Numbered from the stretch's first letter, positions 11,294 to 22,484 are shown. The stretch is DNA of 64,000 nt from Hyaloraphidium curvatum SAG 235-1 (GCA_025558095.1 JAIVFI010000002.1:1240001-1304000); one strand, 5' to 3'. The notes: generated from the sequence alone by a model not told the origin. A program made the numbers and translations.

Positions 11294-12061
11294 ATGCCGG
11301 GACGTCTCCAGGACAAAATTGCGTTCATCAGCGGCGGCGCATCGGGGTGCGGAGCTGCAGCCGCCCGGCTGTTCGCCGCGGAAGGCGCGTCGGTTGGCAT
11401 CCTGGACCACGAGGAAGCGTTGGGCTCGTCGCTGGCGCTTGAGCTGACGGCCGCCGGGTTCAGTACCGCCTTTGAGCGCGCGGACGTCTCGGTCGCGCGC
11501 GAGGTGGACGCGGCCGTCGCCGCCCTCGTCGAAAAGCTCGGACCGCCCGACGTCCTCTTCGCCCACGCCGGGACGATCGTCGTCAAGCCGTTCCTGGAGA
11601 CCTCCGAGGAGGACTTCGACCGCCTGTTCGGGATCAACGTCAAGGGCATCTTCCTCGTCACCAAGGCCGTCCTCCCGCACATGCTGGCCCAGGGCAAGGG
11701 GAGCATCGTCTGCACCTCCTCCGTCTCGGCCGTGTACGCGACCCCGAACGAGGTGCTCTACTGTGCGACCAAGGGCGCCGTACACACCTTCGCGCGGGCC
11801 ATCGCGGTCGAGTACCGCGACAGGGGCATCAGGTGCAACGCCGTGTGCCCCGGATTCGTGGACACGCCGCACGGGCAGCGGGAGGTGGCGGCGCTGAGCG
11901 GTTTGGGGGTTGATGTGTCCGAGGCGGCGATAACGGCGGCGCAGGGGAGGATGGGGAAGCCCGAGGACATCGCCAGGGCGGCCCTTTACCTCGCCTCGGA
12001 CGAGGCCAGCTTCGTGACGGGCGCGCACCTTTTCGTCGACGGCGGTTACAGTGCGGTCTGA
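11294..12061 (+). CDS. Short-chain dehydrogenase/reductase (classical SDR), bacterial-type, intronless
   Basis: SGGASGCG Rossmann motif, AHAG, YCATK catalytic motif, NAVCPG, VDGGY C-terminus. Confidence 0.92.
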   Translation: MPGRLQDKIAFISGGASGCGAAAARLFAAEGASVGILDHEEALGSSLALELTAAGFSTAFERADVSVAREVDAAVAALVEKLGPPDVLFAHAGTIVVKPFLETSEEDFDRLFGINVKGIFLVTKAVLPHMLAQGKGSIVCTSSVSAVYATPNEVLYCATKGAVHTFARAIAVEYRDRGIRCNAVCPGFVDTPHGQREVAALSGLGVDVSEAAITAAQGRMGKPEDIARAALYLASDEASFVTGAHLFVDGGYSAV

Positions 12062-12139
12062 CTCAGGATGTCTTCTTGTTGGGAATGTCGATGATGTTCT
12101 AGTAAAGCTTCGGTCGAAATGCTAGTTGGAGATCGCTCC

Positions 12140-13160
12140 CTACTCGTCGCTCTCGTGCGAGCAGCCCATTTCCGGTTCCGTCTGCCTGCAGCTTTCCTTG
12201 TGCTTGGTCCAATCCGCCCTCTGGCATTCCTTGCTGCAAGGGTGCGACCAAAGATCATTGCACATCCCACCGAGTCGAAAACCCGAGGACGAACCTGCAG
12301 TACCTCGCCGTTCCACACCTCGAGCACCTCTTGGTGGCCTTGTTGCCCGTGCCACAGTCCGGAAGCGAGCAGATGGCTATGATGCGAGCGACCTTGGGCG
12401 TCCCGCAAGACTCGCAGATGCCGTGATCGAGCCCGCGGACGAAGTTGCGCCGCTCGGCGGCACCCTCTTGTCAGATGCTGAAACACTCGGCATCGTCGCA
12501 GACGGCCGCGACGTCGAAGTCCAGCTCGGCGAAGCCCGGAAGGCCTTTCCGCGGAAGCAGGGTGTGGGCGTTGGAAACGGTGCGGGTCGCCGGAGCATCG
12601 CAAAGCATGTAGGGGAGACGCAGATCACGCAGCACGTAGTCGTCAATCGACTTGGATGCCTCAGACGTTGCTCTGGCGACAGCGACGTTCTTCATCTTCT
12701 GCTTCCCCTGGCAGCCACGCAAAGCCGTGATCGGTACGGTGCCGTCGGGGAACTGGATTGCAGTGTCCATGATGCCCACGACATAGAGGCGAACGCTGTA
12801 CGCAACGGTGGAAATCTTGGCGCTCGCAAGCAGAGCACTGGTGCTCCTTTCGTTGATCAATGTGTTCTGGAACACCGTGCGGCGGAAATCGGCATCCTCG
12901 GTGCACCGCGTGGTATCATTTCGACGTGCCGCAGCTCGGAAAGGATAAGAAGGATATGGCTTCCGGAAGATCGTAGTTGAATTGGTAACCTTTGGTCGTC
13001 CAATTGACCCAGGATCCGCCGACGCGTCCGATTCGCCTCCGGCAGCAGATGCACACCCTTTCGCGCGGCGGCAGGCTTTGTAGCGCCTCTTTTTCCATCT
13101 CGATGCCCAGGTCGCGTGCTTCTCGGCAATCTTCGAGTCGTGTGCGGTCAAACGAAGCCC
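12140..13160 (-). pseudogene. MYND zinc-finger family pseudogene, copy A
   Basis: CSRCGTARYC, intron, SKECQRADWTKHKESC. Frameshift near 12916 and in-frame TGA at 12471-12473. Homologous to copies B and C. Confidence 0.75.
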
Positions 13161-13546
13161 GAGATCGGCATGCTCCCGTACCACAGCTCCTCATCCACGT
13201 CGTCGGATCCGCGCACTTTCAGCCGGTAGGCAAAGAGCAAGCTCTCAATCTTTGATTCGGCCAAGACGGTGCTCGGGGCTCTGGTCGAGTCGACCAGCAA
13301 GATTTCGAACAAGGAGCGGCGCAACTGGGCTTCCTCGTCGCACGCGTCGTCGAGGCAAGTAGGAACTGAAAAGTACGCGAGGGCGTGGGGCATATCCCGC
13401 GTGAATCGGTAGTTTGTCGTCCTCCAGTCCACGTAGCGCCGACCGTCGCGGCCGATCCGAGTGCGGCAGCCGACGCAGATCCGTTCGCGGGGCAGCAGCG
13501 ACATGAGTGCCTCGTCTTTGAGCTCGCTGCCGACGACTCGCCACAC
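13148..13546 (-). pseudogene. Truncated N-terminal fragment of the same MYND family, copy B
   Basis: ELKDEALMSLLPRERICVGC..ALAYFSVPTCLDDAC..SKIES matches copies A and C. Ends at 13148 without a MYND domain. Confidence 0.7.
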
Positions 13547-13777
13547 ATGCCGAAACCCTTTGCAGACGGGAGCAGCAAGGCCACCTTGGAGCAGTCATAA
13601 CTGAAAACTGCGAAAGCTCTGCTGTTCTCACCTTCGTGTTCGTTCAATAACGCATTACACCACTCTAGTCGTTGTCGTCCTACACGTCGCAGTGAAGAGG
13701 CATGGCACCTTCCGGAACTCCAGATCTCAATACTAATGCTAGTGTCTCAATGATGTTTGGTATGTGCGTGAAGGTCA

Positions 13778-15322
13778 GTGCCCAGGGGCCCCAGCGGTGC
13801 TCCACGGCACTGTGAAGCCGCGCCTAGTCATCGGTCAAAGCACCACTTCGAAGACCATGCCCCCGACAGTAAAGGCGCTCCGTGCTATCCTCGCCTTCGT
13901 CTTTGCGGTCCTCCTGCGGATTTTTCGCGTTCCGCTGATCCTTTGGCAGCTCCGTCCCGACGACTATGCAGCGGCCGGCACGTTGAGCATCCCGCTCCGG
14001 AAGGAGGCGCCGCGCCCCCCTGGACTCTTGAAGCCTTACGCGCTCACGTTCTGTTCTGTATCGATGGCAATGAAGTCTGGATCGTGGCGAAGTGCTGGGC
14101 CTGCGGTGCACCGCGCAGCGAGCTCGGGGCCGACGCTCGACTGAGGCGCTGCAAGTCGTGCGGCACGGCGGTGTACTGCGGCCCCGCGTGCCAGGAAGCT
14201 CATTGGGAGCAACACAAGCCCATCTGCTCCGCCCTGCTGCACCTCCGCGACTTCGTCTGGGCGGCACTGTGCGGCGCCCCCCGGATCCGGATCGAGTACA
14301 CCCACGGCCCGCTCTTCGCCTTACCGCACCGGAACTGCCAGACGGTGAAGATCGGCTTCGACGAGGTCAATGGCACCCTCGAGATGCTGGTGCTCTCCCC
14401 GCAGCTGCCTGAGTCGCGGGAGCTGGGCCGCAGGATCTCCGCCAGGCTCGGAAGACCCTTGCCCGACGCCTACGCCGACGCGCTCAACACCCCTGTGCAG
14501 CTCACGCAGCGGGCTGGCCTCGTCATTTCGCAGAGCATCGTGCTGCAGGGGCCGCGCCTCGATCCGCACCACTTCACGCCGGCCAGCGCTGAGTCCGCGG
14601 ACGCCCGCGCGGCGATGGCGCTGGCCGGCGATCTCGGGCTGCAATTCCTCCACGGCTACTCGCGCTGGCGTCCGGAACCAGGCCACGCCGTGCTCGCACG
14701 CCCGGATCAGCGCACCTCCTCGCTGGCCGCGCTCAAGGGCTACAAGAAGAACGCACGGGCCTCAGACCTCAAAGCCGCGGACGTCCTCGCCCGGATCGTG
14801 ATCGGCGACTCGCTCCACCGCATCCCGCAGCCGGCCCCCATGCACGTCCTTCCGGGCGCCCTCCTGCACACCCCGCGCGGAAGCGTGACCGGATCGAAGG
14901 AGCAGCAGGGCGTGATCGGGCTGCAACAGCACGTCGCGATCGATGCCGGCCACCCGGGGCCCTTCTTTGCGCTGCCCGGCGACGAGCTGGTCACTTTCCT
15001 CTTCTGCGCGTGCCCCACTGGATCTCCGGCCTTGGGGTTGTCGGCGGGGGGGAGACCGGCAGTGATCGACATCAACACGGCGACGGGCGGGTTCCGCATG
15101 CTGACCAAGACCGGGTGGACGTTCGGGGCGATCGGCAAGAAGGCCATACGCGGGTTCGTCAAGGTCGAAGGCCCAAGGTGCCCCGAATGCGAGGCGGCGA
15201 ACCCGGTGGGACCGCGTGGGTGGACGTGGGAGAAGCGGCCGCTGTTCGAGGAGCGCCTCAGCCTTAACGGATCGCGGATGTGCGGAGCGCACGGCAGGCG
15301 CGACGAGAGCGGCAAAAGCTGA
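13778..15322 (+). CDS. MYND zinc-finger protein (different subfamily; 5' end uncertain or frameshifted)
   Basis: CWAC..LRRCKSCGTAVYCGPACQEAHWEQHKPIC. No in-frame ATG before the MYND domain; nearest ATG (13858) is in another frame. Confidence 0.7.
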   Translation: MPRGPSGAPRHCEAAPSHRSKHHFEDHAPDSKGAPCYPRLRLCGPPADFSRSADPLAAPSRRLCSGRHVEHPAPEGGAAPPWTLEALRAHVLFCIDGNEVWIVAKCWACGAPRSELGADARLRRCKSCGTAVYCGPACQEAHWEQHKPICSALLHLRDFVWAALCGAPRIRIEYTHGPLFALPHRNCQTVKIGFDEVNGTLEMLVLSPQLPESRELGRRISARLGRPLPDAYADALNTPVQLTQRAGLVISQSIVLQGPRLDPHHFTPASAESADARAAMALAGDLGLQFLHGYSRWRPEPGHAVLARPDQRTSSLAALKGYKKNARASDLKAADVLARIVIGDSLHRIPQPAPMHVLPGALLHTPRGSVTGSKEQQGVIGLQQHVAIDAGHPGPFFALPGDELVTFLFCACPTGSPALGLSAGGRPAVIDINTATGGFRMLTKTGWTFGAIGKKAIRGFVKVEGPRCPECEAANPVGPRGWTWEKRPLFEERLSLNGSRMCGAHGRRDESGKS

Positions 15323-16568
15323 GGCGCAGAAAGAGGTGGTACGACAGCTCTCCTTTTGCGATTGAGCTCAGGGGATAGATTTGTTCTTTCTTGGGAGATT
15401 GAACGACAATCTCTAGCATCCAACGCATATATCTACTGTAGTCCTCGGAATCGTCCTCGTGACCGCAGCACTGCAACCCTGCCTCCACCTTCGGGGTGCG
15501 TCGTTCCGCGGGGCGACAAGCCGCCTTGTGCGTCTTCCAGTCGGCCTGTTGGCACTCTTTGGTGGATGTGGCGTCAGGAAGGAGTCGCAGTGTGCACCGG
15601 ATGGACCCACCTGCAATACCTCGCGACCTTGCACCTCGAGCACATCTTCGCCGCGTTTTCACCTGACTTGCAATCGACGAAGGAGCAGATCGCGATGATT
15701 TTCCAGTGGTTGTGCTTTCCGCAGCACTCGCACACGGTTGCTTTGCGGTTCCGCTCGCGACTCCGTGCCGCAGCAGCCCCCTTCAGCGCGGTGTCGAAGC
15801 ACTGGCCGCCGGAGCAAACCACCGTGACGTCGAAGATGAGTCCGACGAAGACCGGGAGCGAATCCGCGGGGCGGACCGTCGAAGCATTGCAGACCGTGCG
15901 CGTGGCAGTCAGCGGACATGAGGCGCAACACAGGCGAAGCTCCCCCATGACATGATCGTCGACCGCGCCCCGAGCAACAGAGCGCGCCTTTGTGATTGCA
16001 AAGTCCCGGAGGACCTTTGGGTCAAGGGGAAAACCACGGAAAGCGGAGATCGGAACAGCACCGCACTGCACGCCCCCGGGATTGGATTGCGCTCCGCCCA
16101 AAATCGCTTGGTAGGAGGCGACGCTTTCGATCTTCGCAGTGGCAAGAACGTCTCTCGTGCAGCGCGAATGTTGGACCACCAGCTTTTCGATCACGAAGCA
16201 GCGGAACTCGGCTTCCCGGACGCAAGCGTCGTCGACGCAGCTCGGGAACGAGAAGAACGCCAAGACTCGGGCAGGTCGCCGAAGAAGCGGTATGACTCCG
16301 TGAGCCATGGCCCCGACCGCCTGCCGTCGGCCCCGATCCGCCTGTGGCAGCACATGCACACGCGTTCGGCCGGCGGCAGCTTCCTCAGGGCCTCGTCTTC
16401 CAGCTCCAGGTACGTCCTTCTCGCCTTTGTGTCCCGCTCGAGGGTGTCCGGATCGGCCTTGACCGCGTGCTCTCCCGGGTGAAAAGCACTCGCCGGAAGC
16501 AGGGTGTTCCGCACCGCCGACACGAACGCGTCGCGCGTGATGCTGGCGACGTAGGATATCAGTCGCAT
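15264..16568 (-). pseudogene. MYND zinc-finger family gene, copy C (1-nt frameshift near 16262)
   Basis: ELEDEALRKLPPAERVCMCC.., LAFFSFPSCVDDAC.., CSRCKVARYC, intron, KECQQADWKTHKAAC. Confidence 0.75.
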
Positions 16569-16788
16569 GGCGTCGGTCCGGAGCGCCGGTTGGTTCGGCC
16601 CGTCCGTTCTGCGAACGAAAAGCCGTTGCCCGCAGCGAGCAGCAACTTCAGCGCCTCCTCATCATCCGGTGAACTCGAACATCGGACCTCAAACAAGCGA
16701 CAAATGGAGCTACATCTTCGGTAACGGAAGTAAAACACAGGACCGCACAAGATCCGCCACCTCCTGTCCGCAGACCATGGGGACGCCT

Positions 16789-17264
16789 TCACTCGTGCTC
16801 GGCGTGGCTCGACACCCCCCACGACATCCTCCTCGACATCACCACGTTCTCCTCCTCCTTCTTCTTCCTGGCCGCCTGCTCCATCGCCGCGTGCTCGTGG
16901 TCCGCGAGCCCCGAGACGCCCCAGCTCATGCTTTGGGAGGCGTCAGCCTTTTCACAAGACGCGGACACGCGCGGGGGCCCACCGGCGCGAGGTCTGGACG
17001 TGCTCCGATTCGCCCTTGGGGGAAGCAGAGTACAGGGAAGCCTCGGGGATGATGCGTTAGCCGATGGCGCTCAGCGCCGCGGAGGCCTGGGATGACGTGT
17101 CAGTGTCGTCAGCGGTCCGCCGCACCGTACGAGGCCGTCGAAGGGGCCAAACTCACGGCATCGACCGCCCGCTGGGCAAAGGACGGCCTGCGCTCGGCAA
17201 GGGCCGGCCCGGGGTCGGTGGTCGGCGCGGGGGTGGAAGGGGGCGTGCGCGGGACGTCGGCCAT
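16789..17264 (-). CDS. Small hypothetical protein with repeated RRxS (RRMSWGVS) motifs, multi-exon
   Basis: MADVPRTPP..RRPSF..DA, GTGAGT intron, ..SASPKGESEHVQTSR, intron, RMSWGVS..SRRMSWGVSSHAEHE*. Not in the ORF track as a unit. Confidence 0.5.
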
Positions 17265-17446
17265 GGCGCGGGCGCGGCGGAGGCGGCGGCGGTAGAGTTC
17301 GGAGAGGGCGCTGCGGCGGAACGTCGGGGTTCCGGGTCGGCCGGGTTCGGTGGGGAAGTCGATTGTGCTTCGGAGCTCAGTCACCTCGCGCTGATCGAAG
17401 CTTGTGACACCCGTTCGCGACCACATCTGCTGATCAAACTCGTACC

Positions 17447-18076
17447 TCATCCAGCCCTCCGGAAAACCGTCCTGCTCGTGTAGTCCTTCTCCGGGCCTAG
17501 CACCGTCCACTCGACAAAGTAAGTATCCGATGACCAGACCTCGTAGCGTCCGTCGTACATGTCGTCGACGCAGGGATGTCTGATGTCCTCGCGCCCGTCC
17601 GAAACGACGTTGGGAGAGGCGGGCGGGCCGAGGGTGTGGAACGGCGAGAGGTAGGAGAAGTAGACGGCCGCTGAATCTGGCTCCCCCTGATTGCTACGGC
17701 GGAAGAAGAAGCGGTACGTCTGGCGAACTTCCAGCGGTCCCCTCGACCCCGGCAGTTCCATCGCTCCCTGTTCCACATACTGCCTGACGATCTCTCCCGG
17801 CCCGGCGCCAACCAGCTCGCCCGATTTCGAGTCGGCAAAGGATTCCGACGGGATGAAGGAGGCGGTGCCGCGCACCGTGCTGCGCTCCGGGGATCCGGCA
17901 GGGCGCCTGAAGCGGTCCACGATGGTGCGGTCGAAGCGCCAGGTGCCCGAAAAGTAGTCCTCAAGGGAGTGTATCGGGTAGAACTCCGCAGGTCGGGATG
18001 CGTCAATGTCCACCGGGCCGGTTCCGGTGAGTTTCGTTGGCGGACCGGCAACTCCGTCCCGCAAAATGGCCGACAT
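17447..18076 (-). CDS. DUF6314-family protein
   Basis: GTWRFDRTI..GTASF..YVEQG..Y.F..PFH..HPCVDDMYDGRY..W.V.GPEKDY pattern. ATG 18076. Confidence 0.75.
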   Translation of the reverse strand: MSAILRDGVAGPPTKLTGTGPVDIDASRPAEFYPIHSLEDYFSGTWRFDRTIVDRFRRPAGSPERSTVRGTASFIPSESFADSKSGELVGAGPGEIVRQYVEQGAMELPGSRGPLEVRQTYRFFFRRSNQGEPDSAAVYFSYLSPFHTLGPPASPNVVSDGREDIRHPCVDDMYDGRYEVWSSDTYFVEWTVLGPEKDYTSRTVFRRAG

Positions 18077-18397
18077 CGCAGCGAATCGCAAGGAACCGAA
18101 GCGCAAACGCTTGTTCCGCGGGTCAGATTCCGGGAGAGAGACGACCGCCACGCGAGCGCGTCTTCCAAGCAACAGTGCACGCCCAGACGAGCAGCAGAGG
18201 CGGCGACAAAGTCCCACAGCTCCCATTCAAGACCTAAACGGGCCGGGAGCACCGAAACGGCGCTCAGTGATCCCCAAGAGGTGTCGGGGCTGGGTTAGCT
18301 GTTTTGCGTAGGATCGGATCGGCTTAGAAGCCAAGTGCCGGAGATTCAGCACCAGTCGATCCGGCCGCGCAAGTCACCAACAACTCTCTCCACGGCC

Positions 18398-19974
18398 ATG
18401 GAAAAGGCCATGGAGGGCGGCGCACTGCCGCCATACGATGCCACGCCGCCGCTCGAGGCGCGCGTGGCGGCTCTCCAAGCGCAGGTGGACGCCCTGCAGG
18501 CGGAGCGGGACCGCTTCGTCGCCAAGCGGCAAGCGGTCCGCCGCTTCTGCCGCGGCGTCTTCTTCGTGCTCCTCATGTGGTTCTTCGTGTTCCCCGCGAT
18601 CGGTGAGCATTCTGCGCCGGGCAGAGCGGGGCAGGGCGGGGTTCGGGCCAAGGGGCAGGCCCGCCGACTCGACCCAGCAGGAGGGTCCTCCGGAGATTGC
18701 AGTCTTCTCACACCTTTTGGCCCTTCAGGTCGCGCTCTTGTGTGGTTCGAACTCGGTGGTGACTACGTGGTGCCGTTCGACGATGCGATTGCCTTCGAGG
18801 ACGTGGCCGTCGACGAGACCACGTCGGTCGCCGTGCCGGCCATTGCGGTAGGCGACCAGTGCGTCGACGCGCCCATGACCGGCGACGACGATGCTGCGGT
18901 TGATGCTGAGGACATGGACCGCGAGGTGGGTTGCTCAGGTGGATCGAGAGACTGACTTGAAACTGACTCCGACTGCAGTTCTCCATCCTGCCCGTGTTCG
19001 GTGCTTCTGAGGAGAAGAAGCGGTCGTTCCCCATCCACGGCGCCCCCGAGGAGGACAGGCGTCCGTGGCACCACGGCCGCCACCGCTGGATGATGCACGC
19101 CATGAAGAAGAAGCATGGCGACAAGCCCGGCGGACCCGGGTATCCCGGTTACCCCGGCGGTCCCGGCGGGCCCTACCCCGGCCCTCCCGGTGACGGCCAG
19201 CCCGGCGGCGGTCCTCCCGGCGGCAAGATCCCCAAGAACCCCAAGGGCCCGCCAAAGCACGTCCCCGGCGTGCCCGACAAGCCCAACAAGCCCCCGAAGG
19301 TCCCTCCGTGAGTTTGCATTCGAGCTCGCAGCCCGCCCAATTCCGATCTGACAGATCCCGGCACCATCAGGTACCCTGGCCAGCCCCAGCCCGGCAAGCC
19401 CGACCACGGCAAGAAGCCCGGCCTGCGCCTGCAGGGCATGGTCCCCGAGGTGCCGTACGAGGTGCTCGTGGACGGCGACGGCTTCGAGATCCGCAAGTAC
19501 ACCAACCTCACCCTCGCCTGGACCTCGGCTCCGGGCGGCTCCGTGAGCAAGGCGCCCAACGGCGGCTTCGGCCTGCTGTACGGGTACATCTCGGGCAAGA
19601 ACAAGGACGCCGAGACGGGCCAGTGCTTGAAGATCCCCATGACCGCGCCTGTGTTCACGCAGGAGGACGGCGACACCCCCGGCAACATCGTCATGGCCTT
19701 CGCCATGCCCGCCCGCCTCGCGCGCACCCCCGAGCCCACCGACGACAAGGTCAGCATCCGCGTGATCCCCGAATGGACCGTGGCGGCCAAGCGCGTGCGT
19801 GGCTGGGTCGGCGACGAGCAGGTCGGCAAGGCCGCCGAGGAACTCAGGGCCGCGGTGGGGGAGGGGTGGAAGGCTTACGAGGGGGCCAAGACGGTGCTGG
19901 GGAGGTTCGACCCGCCGTGGATCCCCGGGTTTATGCAGCGCAACGAGGTCTACGTGCCCGTGCACAAGGCGTGA
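18398..19974 (+). CDS. Membrane-anchored SOUL/HBP heme-binding protein with Gly/Pro-rich stalk (4 exons)
   Basis: SOUL motifs PYEVL..FEIRKY, GFGLLYGYISGKN, KIPMTAPV, PEPTDDKV and FDPPW..RNEV. N-terminal PPY and TM helix. Confidence 0.85.
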
Positions 19975-20410
19975 AGGAGCGCGGGGGGCATTCCATCTCG
20001 TGTATTGCATTTGAAAGTCGATCGAATATAGCCTTCGCGCCAGGCGGGCGGCGCCCCGGTGGGCGGAGAGATCGAGCACCAGAGACACGATTGCTTCGTT
20101 ATTAGGTGATCGGGAGTGCGAGCTGACGTGGGCAGAATCTGACTGTGATTTGGGTGGAGGTTCGACACCGCGGTCCTTTCACCACCATTTGCCAGACCTT
20201 GAGGCAAGTAGCAATCCTGTCCTTGGCGCGCTGTTCAAAGACAGCGCCGGAAGTAGACAAGACGATTGTTGATCTGAGGTGGAGAGGTGGACGCGCGGAA
20301 AAGAGGAGGCGCGTGATCGAAGGTCGAGTCACCCGAAACCGGCATTCACAGCTGGCCCGCCGTTCCCGCAGAAGTACTCTTTCGGGCCACCGAGGCAGCG
20401 GCAAATCAAC

Positions 20411-21380
20411 ATGCCGTCGCGCCCGTTGTTCGACGTCGACACGAGGTCGACGCGCTTCCGCCTTGTCGCGATATGCCTCTTCCTCGACATCGGTGCGACC
20501 CCGCCAAACCCCAAGCACCCTTCCCGCGCTGACTCCGCTTCACTCCTCGGACCACCGTTCGCCAGCGTTCCTCGTGCTCATGGCCGTCGCGGGAGCTGGC
20601 CCGTACCCGAACTCGTCGCTCTACTGGGGCGTCTACACGGCCGCACGCGTCCCGCCGCAGCCGGGCCTGGTCGACTTCAAGACGGGCATGTGGGGCTACC
20701 AAAGCTCTGGACAGGCCGTCATCGGTTCGTTTTCGCGGTCGTTCCCGCCCTGAGGGCCGGCTGACCCGTCATGTCCTGCTACAGTTTGGAACAACTGGTC
20801 AGGACGCGGTGCACACGTCCCGGAGATAGTGAAACTCGGCTGATCTCGGCTGATCTTCGCTCTTTTAGGTGGTATTCGACCTTCTTCGTGTCGATCTACG
20901 GATCCTCCCTCTTCTACGCCATCGCCACGCTCCAGGTCATCTCCGGGACGGTCCTCTTCTTTGGCGTCTTGACGCTGGCCTTCCTGCTTCCTGAACCCGT
21001 TCCCCATGCTGGCGACGAGCGTCTTTGCCTCAATTCTCTACATTCCGGTACGTTCAACTTCGATCTGTGCTGTCACCGTCCTTGACAGGTCTCGGCCGGC
21101 GCAGACGTTCTCCATGATGGCTTGGCTCAATCACGACGTCGGAAACAAGATCGGCCGCTACGAGTCATACGCAAACGGTCCCGGGCTCGGCTGCGGTGCG
21201 GCTGCCCTCGCCCTTTGCCTCATTTCCACGGGGATCAAGTTCATTGCCGTCCGCAACGAGCTGAAGACCGGTGGGGTGACAGGCGAGACGATGGCGCTCG
21301 AGAGGGGGCAGGTCATCAAGGAGGAACGGGAGCAAGCGGCGCCGCAGCAGATGTATGCTGCGCTGGCGACGTCGTCGTGA
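20411..21380 (+). pseudogene. Four-TM membrane protein (SUR7/claudin-like), copy 1; frameshifted by a 7-bp duplication
   Basis: Exon-by-exon paralog of 21554-22484. CTTCCTG is duplicated at 20980-20993 and breaks the frame. Confidence 0.7.
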
Positions 21381-21553
21381 TCGCAGGCCAGGGGGTTCCT
21401 GTACATCATTCGGTATTCAACTTGACATGGTGACTCTTTGGCGGCTCGTGTGGACAAGGAGCGGCAAATCACGTGCAAGCCAGACGACTCACACAACACT
21501 TCATTTGAAAAGCTCCGAACGAAAGCACTCTAGCCCTCTCGAAGCAGAAATCG

Positions 21554-22484
21554 ATGGCGCAGCCCGCTTGGATTGCCATGGACACGAAGTCGACGCGCTT
21601 CCGGCTCGTCGCGCTCTGCCTGTTGCTCGACATCTGTGCGCGTTTCGCCGGCCCGGGCACCGGCTCCGCGGCGACTCACCTCCTCGAACCGCAGCGTTCC
21701 TCATCCTCATGGCCATCGCCGGCGCTGGGCCCGTGCCCAACACCTCACTGTACTGGGGCCAGTACACAGGGGCGCGTGTTCCCCCGCAGCCGGGCGTGGT
21801 CGACCTGAAGACGGGCATGTGGAGCTACCAGACCGTGGGGCAGAACGTCATTGGTGCGTGGCCTTCTCCGCTTGTTTCTACGACGCCGGCTTACAGGGGA
21901 ACACGCCTTCTGCAGTCCAGAACAACTGGTCAGGCTTCCGTGCTGGCGCTTCGGCGAGACCGGAGACTGATTCTCGGTTAAAACAGGTGGTACTCGCCCT
22001 TCTTCGTCGCCAACTACGGCACCTCGCTCTTCTACGCCATCGTCAGCCTCCAGGTCATCGCCGGGACCACTCTCTTCTTTGGTGCGCTCACCCTGGCGTT
22101 CCTGAACCCCTTTCCGATGCTGGCCACCGGCGTCTTTGCGACCGTCATCTACATCCCGGTATGCTGATCGAATGGCATGCGTTTTTCTCGTACCTGACCC
22201 TTGAATCGCCCCAGACCTTCTCGATGATGGCGTGGCTCAACAATGATCTCGGCAACAAGGTCGGTCCCTACGAGTCCTTCACCGCCGGCCCCGGGCTCGG
22301 CTGCGGCGCCGCCGCCCTCGCACTGTGCCTCATCTCGACGGGGATCAAGCTCGTCGCGGCCCGCAAGGCCAGCAGCGCCATTTCGGGGGAGGCCCTGGCA
22401 CTTGAGCGTGCAGAGGAGCAGGAGGCCAAGCCGGAAGGGTTCGAGGTGGCCCAGCAGCAGCAAATGTACCCTGCCTCGTCGTGA
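21554..22484 (+). CDS. Four-TM membrane protein (SUR7/PalI/claudin-like), copy 2, intact
   Basis: Four hydrophobic helices, GMWSY loop motif and GPGLGCGAAALALC. Five introns including a 13-nt microexon at 21916-21928. Confidence 0.7.

Larger units (their letters stand above)
10226..11360. repeat. Arm 1 of ~1.1 kb inverted segmental duplication (sHSP, promoter and SDR 5' end)
   Basis: Reverse complement aligns by eye to ~25160-26275. Confidence 0.9.

Noticed and set aside
20105-20190. GGTTCGA with a downstream CCA that suggested a tRNA (also GGTTCGAGA near 31610)
   Set aside because: T-stem and acceptor stem do not pair; no cloverleaf.
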